This document shows, one piece after another, positions 60,748-64,000 of a stretch of 64,000 nucleotides of DNA (the first letter of the stretch is position 1; each line of letters begins with the position of its first letter). Made by a program: the position numbers and the translations under genes. Source of the DNA: Acidobacteriota bacterium (lineage in GTDB: Bacteria > Acidobacteriota > UBA890 > WLXD01); NCBI GenBank assembly GCA_963666215.2, contig CAXWPL010000002.1, positions 224,001 through 288,000 of the forward strand, read 5' to 3'. The notes beneath the pieces were generated by a model. It was not told the origin of the DNA. It saw only the letters and a list, made by a program, of their open reading frames with translations, and did no database searches.

Positions 60748-62276
60748 TGCCGCTCGACGCCAACACCCTGGTCAATCTGGCGGTTGTGCTCGTCTACTTC
60801 GGAGCGACGCTGTGGCTCGGCGCCCGGATGGGCAGCGGCAACGACGTCGAGGATTATTTTCTCGCCGGTCGAGAGATGCCCTGGTGGAGTGCCAGCCTGT
60901 CGATCGTTGGCACCGAGACTTCGACGCTGACGTTCGTCGGCGTACCGGCGATTGCCTACGGTGGCGACCTGACCTTCCTGCAGGTCGCTCTGGGCTACGT
61001 GATCGGGCGCTTCGTCGTGGCCTGGCTCCTGGTGCCGGCCTACTTTGCCGGCCATGTGCTCACCGCGTACGAGCTGCTGGCCCAGCGCTTCGGCGGCGGC
61101 GTCCAGCGGTTCGCGTCGTTGATCTTTCTCGTTTCCCGGGTGCTGGCCGATGGCGTTCGGCTGTTCTCGACGGCGCTCGTGTTGCAGGCGCTGCTGCCGC
61201 TGTCGTTGCCGGTCTCGATCGGGCTGATCGCCGGCATAACGCTTGTCTATACGTTGCGCGGCGGGCTCCGGGCCGTCATCTGGAACGACGCGGTGCAGCT
61301 TGTGGTGTATGTCGCCGGGGCTGCCGTCGCAGGGCTCTTTCTAATCAACCGCATCCCGGGAGGATGGGCAGGAGCGACACAAATCCTCGCGCCGCTGAAC
61401 AAGCTCCGAGTTCTGGATTTCGGTTGGGACTGGGCCAACCCCTACGTGTTCTGGGCCGGTGTGATCGGTGGGGCCACCCTGACAACAGCCACTCACGGTA
61501 CCGACCAGATGTTTGTACAGCGGTTGCTCGCCTGCCGTTCCGCGCGCGCCGCGAGACGCGCCGTGATCGTCAGTGGGGGCCTGGTATTGGCGCAGATGGC
61601 TCTCTTCTTGCTCATCGGCTCGCTGCTCTTCGCCTTCTATCAAACCCATCCACCGGCGGTGCCGTTCGCTTCGAACGATCAAGTGTTCGCGCGCTTCATC
61701 GCCGAGGAGATGCCGGTGGGTCTGAGCGGACTGGTGATCGCGGCCGTCTTCGCCGCGGCGATGTCGACGCTGTCGTCGTCGATGAGCTCGCTGGCCTCCG
61801 CGTCGACACTCGATTTTCTTCTCGGTCGAGGGACAATCGACAGATCAATTCCGGCGTCGGCGCAGCGTGATGCCCTGAGGCTGGCTCAACACGAGCGAGC
61901 GATGCGACTCTCGCGCTGGACGACGATCCTGGCGGCGATCGCCTTGGCGGTCGTAGCCGGGCTCGCACGAGCATGGGGCTCGGTACTCGAAGTCGGCCTG
62001 ACGATAACGTCGATCACCTTCGGGGCCGTTCTGGGGATCTTTCTCGTGGGCCTCCTCGGCTGGCAGCTGCGTCAGGGGGGTGCGATCGTATCGATGCTGG
62101 CCGGCCTGGTGGCGGCACTTGCCGTACAGCAGGCCGGAGTGGTCGCCTGGACCTGGTTAACCCCACTCGGGGCGCTGACGACGGTCGCCGTCGCCGCGTT
62201 GGCCTCGCTGCGAGCGCCGCCCGCGTCGTCTGTTTCCTCCACATCCTCTCCGTCCTCTGAGCCGCCAGCGTCGTAG
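60747..62276 (+). CDS. Sodium:solute symporter (SSS/SLC5)
   Basis: ATG overlaps the murQ stop; DYFLAGR.MPWW, ETSTLTF, YT..GGLRAVIWND, GTDQMFVQR, AAAMSTLSS. Confidence 0.92.
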   Translation: MPLDANTLVNLAVVLVYFGATLWLGARMGSGNDVEDYFLAGREMPWWSASLSIVGTETSTLTFVGVPAIAYGGDLTFLQVALGYVIGRFVVAWLLVPAYFAGHVLTAYELLAQRFGGGVQRFASLIFLVSRVLADGVRLFSTALVLQALLPLSLPVSIGLIAGITLVYTLRGGLRAVIWNDAVQLVVYVAGAAVAGLFLINRIPGGWAGATQILAPLNKLRVLDFGWDWANPYVFWAGVIGGATLTTATHGTDQMFVQRLLACRSARAARRAVIVSGGLVLAQMALFLLIGSLLFAFYQTHPPAVPFASNDQVFARFIAEEMPVGLSGLVIAAVFAAAMSTLSSSMSSLASASTLDFLLGRGTIDRSIPASAQRDALRLAQHERAMRLSRWTTILAAIALAVVAGLARAWGSVLEVGLTITSITFGAVLGIFLVGLLGWQLRQGGAIVSMLAGLVAALAVQQAGVVAWTWLTPLGALTTVAVAALASLRAPPASSVSSTSSPSSEPPAS

Positions 62277-62460
62277 GCCAGTTCTCACCGGGGCAGGTTC
62301 CGGCCCCCGAGGCGGCTCACCGTTGAAAGGACCCGTCGACAGGCGCGAAACTCGACGGCCACGGGGCGCGTAATCTAGCTACGGGGGTCGACGTCGAGTT
62401 GACGACGCGATCCCATCTGCTCAGCTTCTCGTGTAACGGGCACATCTTGCGGAGACCATC

Positions 62461-63789
62461 ATGATCACAGAGAGACGTTCGGGCGCGGCGTCGGCCCCAC
62501 TGAGCACGCGGAGGCGTTCTTTCGGACGATCGGCGATTGCACTCCGCACCGACGACGGGGGATCTGGGAGATCGGTACGGCGTCGCGCTCTGCTGGCGAT
62601 CGTGGCCTCGGCCGCGTCGCTGTCGATCGGTTGTGTGGCCAACGTTTCGCAGGCGCCGCCTCTACCGGCGCAACACGAACGACCGATCGAGCTCCAAACC
62701 AGCGTTTCGTCCGCGACCGTGATCGAGCTCGAGAATCTCGTGGGCCACATCCGCGGCGAGACGAATTCCGGTGGCACCAATGAGCTCGAACTGGTGGGCA
62801 CCGTGTATGCCCACGGCCAAACCGACGAGGCCGCCCGAGAGCTCGCCGAGACGATCGACATCCAGGTCAATCGTGCTGACGGGCGTTTGCAGATCCACGT
62901 GGCCTATCCGACCGAGATCTATCGAAGCTTCCACTACCCGAAGGGCAAGGGCGAGGTCGGCGGGGTGTTCGCAGCTTGGTTTCAGAGCAACAGCGAAATC
63001 AAGTACCAGGGCACCCGAGTCGGGGTATCGAGTAGCCGCCGTGCCGACGCGGCCAGCCTGTTCGTCGATCTCACATTGCGGCTTCCGGCCGGCGCGAAGG
63101 CCCGTATCACCAATGGCGTGGGCGACGCGGCCATCGTTGCCGCAGTCGGCGACATCAGCCTGCGCACGGGGGGTGGCGGCATTGAGGCGATCGGGGGACA
63201 AGGCGAATTCATACTCGACACGGGCTCGGGAGCGGTGACGGTGCGCGATCATCAGGGCGACGTTAACGCAGACACCGGCTCGGGTGCTGTCGAGATCGCC
63301 GAGCTCACGGGCGACTGGGTGCGTGTCGACACGGGTTCCGGACGCGTGCGCCTCGTCGATGTCGAGGCCGGGGAGATGAATGTCGACACGGGCTCGGGCT
63401 CAGTGATCCTCGAGCGGGTCGCCGGGTCGATTATCGTTGATACGGGATCGGGGTCAGTTCGCGGTAGCGAGCTCGTCTGCGGCGAGCGGCTCTACGTTGA
63501 CACCGGCAGTGGAAGTGTGACGATCGCGGGTGATCTGTCACGCACACGGAGCATCCAGGTCGACACCGGCTCGGGCGCGGTGGATCTTCTACTGAGCGCG
63601 GTACCTGCTTCGATGAGCGTGCGGCTTTCCACTTCGAGCGGCGGCATCGACGTCAACCTGCCGGGAATCGAGGCGTCGCGCCATACGCGTAGCACGTTCG
63701 TTGGCGCTCTCGGTGGCGGCGAGGGCGCGGAGATGCTCGTCGAGTCGGGCAACGGCCGTATCCGCGTTCACGCCGAAACAGGCAACTGA
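62461..63789 (+). CDS. DUF4097 family beta-strand repeat protein (probable lipoprotein)
   Basis: Hydrophobic segment ending SIGC; many DTGSG repeats in the C-terminal half. Confidence 0.85.
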   Translation: MITERRSGAASAPLSTRRRSFGRSAIALRTDDGGSGRSVRRRALLAIVASAASLSIGCVANVSQAPPLPAQHERPIELQTSVSSATVIELENLVGHIRGETNSGGTNELELVGTVYAHGQTDEAARELAETIDIQVNRADGRLQIHVAYPTEIYRSFHYPKGKGEVGGVFAAWFQSNSEIKYQGTRVGVSSSRRADAASLFVDLTLRLPAGAKARITNGVGDAAIVAAVGDISLRTGGGGIEAIGGQGEFILDTGSGAVTVRDHQGDVNADTGSGAVEIAELTGDWVRVDTGSGRVRLVDVEAGEMNVDTGSGSVILERVAGSIIVDTGSGSVRGSELVCGERLYVDTGSGSVTIAGDLSRTRSIQVDTGSGAVDLLLSAVPASMSVRLSTSSGGIDVNLPGIEASRHTRSTFVGALGGGEGAEMLVESGNGRIRVHAETGN

Positions 63790-63866
63790 GCGTTCCTGAC
63801 GGTCTCTTGACGCCGGCGCTCCAAAACCCCGCGATCGCGCCGCCGTTCCTGTCGGGTTCTGGCGAT

Positions 63867-64000
63867 TCAGATCGAATGCAGAATGTCGTCAGCGCGCAAC
63901 TCGTGCGCGAGCGAGTCGACGACATCGATCATATTGCCGTTCTTGGCAAATACGGCGCGCTGCCGTCGGAACGAAGCACCGACTTCGAGCATCTCGCGAA
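63867..64000 (-). CDS. 3' end of a probable glutamate--cysteine ligase/carboxylate-amine ligase (YbdK-like), truncated by the window
   Basis: My own translation: REMLEVGASFRRQRAVFAKNGNMIDVVDSLAHELRADDILHSI*, resembling the G-x-S..RQR..G..DVV C-terminus of GCS2/YbdK proteins. Confidence 0.5.
   Translation of the reverse strand, partial: REMLEVGASFRRQRAVFAKNGNMIDVVDSLAHELRADDILHSI

Noticed and set aside
62461-63789. Repeated GACAC(C/G)GG.TCGGG units resembling an array
   Set aside because: These are protein-coding DTGSG repeats of DUF4097, degenerate and in frame; not CRISPR.

Overview
A high-GC, gene-dense diderm bacterial chromosome segment. TPR/FG-GAP-UnbV proteins, PagL-like barrels and a NagZ-serine hydrolase fusion suggest an Acidobacteriota-like lineage (inference only). 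Core content: tatA, selB, thiolase/hbd, envC, rpoD, ggt, B12-dependent nrdJ with tandem NrdR boxes, malic enzyme, ferredoxin, thyA-folA, a NodIJ-like ABC exporter, a lipA-E1a-E1b-E2-E3 operon, recD2, a glutaredoxin-thioredoxin reductase fusion, a TPR cluster, and a namZ / nagZ-hydrolase / murQ / SSS peptidoglycan-salvage locus. Main highlights: (1) a complete 2,591-bp IS1-family element (17977-20567) with perfect 20-bp terminal inverted repeats and an 8-bp target duplication. It carries four passenger genes, including a tightly coupled helical protein and papain-like Cys-His protein pair that is a candidate toxin-antitoxin or defence module. (2) A 2-oxoacid dehydrogenase operon whose E1 alpha and beta have both lost ThDP-binding and catalytic motifs while LipA, E2 and E3 are intact. 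(3) A matrixin-like protein with all zinc ligands replaced. (4) A Grx-TrxR fusion. Several lesions (an in-frame TAG, two frameshifts, an exact 90-bp tandem duplication) could be real or assembly artefacts. I found no rRNA, tRNA or CRISPR array. All family calls come from motif recognition by eye, not database searches.
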